A stretch of DNA of 61,479 nucleotides, counting the filler. It is 8 parts of 8 records of this genome, joined end to end, with 100 filler letters (N's around TTAATTAATTAA, not from the genome) between each part and the next. Parts side by side here need not be neighbours in the genome. Positions count along the whole stretch, not along the records: positions 56,421 to 61,479 come from SRR31156797_21892; 7 more parts are not named here. One strand, written 5' to 3'. Below the pieces are notes generated by a model. The model did not search any database. It had not been told where the DNA came from and saw only the letters and a list, made by a program, of their open reading frames with translations. The position numbers were made by a program, and so were the translations under genes. This document shows, in pieces, positions 61,193-61,479 of this stretch (position 1 is its first letter; each line of letters starts with the position of its first letter).

Positions 61193-61444
61193 ATGATAAA
61201 TAAAATTATTGGAAAGATAAATAAAGAAGGTCAAATAGAAGCGAGAGATTTAATTAATGAGTTGAAAATAAGTCATGTTTTGTTGGAATATTTACTTAGA
61301 GGAATGGAAAAGAAGAGATATATTAAATCAGTGATTTGTGAAAAATGTGAGTTCAAAAATATTTGCCCGAAAGATAGAAAATTCTGTAAAGGATTTGGCA
61401 AATATTGGTTTTTAACAAGCAAGGGAATTAATAAATTGAGGTGA
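61193..61444 (+). CDS. FeoC-like winged-helix protein with Cys cluster
   Basis: wHTH-like N-terminus; CEKCEFKNICP...C. Confidence 0.6.
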   Translation: MINKIIGKINKEGQIEARDLINELKISHVLLEYLLRGMEKKRYIKSVICEKCEFKNICPKDRKFCKGFGKYWFLTSKGINKLR

Positions 61445-61450
61445 ATTCAA

Positions 61451-61479
61451 ATGGAAGTATTTAATCATCATATTTATGA
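61451..61479 (+). CDS. Start of a DUF2023-like protein (truncated)
   Basis: GAGGTG SD; MEVFNHHIY; only 9 codons visible. Confidence 0.45.

Noticed and set aside
1-61479. CRISPR array, rRNA, tRNA, integrase or transposase genes
   Set aside because: I saw no repeat-spacer periodicity, RNA-gene signatures or recombinase motifs by eye; a covariance-model scan was not possible.

Overview
This window is not one locus. It is eight unrelated contigs joined by seven identical 100-nt spacers (N44-TTAATTAATTAA-N44). Taxonomy below is inferred from gene content, composition and promoter/RBS style. (1) 1-7237 and (3) 15267-25787 are Campylobacterota-like (CZB chemoreceptor, diheme cytochrome plus sensor kinase, RecD2, argJ, lnt, HU, der, kdsA). 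(2) 7338-15166 and (8) 56421-61479 are low-GC anaerobe-like (hybrid kinase, NemR-like TetR with a peroxiredoxin-like target, core methionine synthase, speD, diguanylate cyclase). (4) 25888-31565, (5) 31666-44757 and (6) 44858-50042 are Bacteroidota-like. (7) 50143-56320 is higher-GC and Desulfobacterota-like. The best candidate for an undescribed system is on contig 5, where a three-gene module occurs twice in tandem. Each module has a membrane-spanning TPR/LuxR-type-HTH regulator, then a promoter region with shared motifs, then a 51-55 aa basic protein with the motif FxxKxxxQxExxKKIMxKLNS (missed by the ORF track), then a large modular adhesin-like secreted protein. One of these secreted-protein genes is split by a +1 frameshift in a T7 tract. 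Other notable items are a codon-diverged relic of the argJ 3' end, near-identical operator-containing promoters for the TetR gene and its probable target, and three 20-bp-spaced palindromes before a BlaI-family gene. All family assignments come from motif recognition by eye; no database searches were run.
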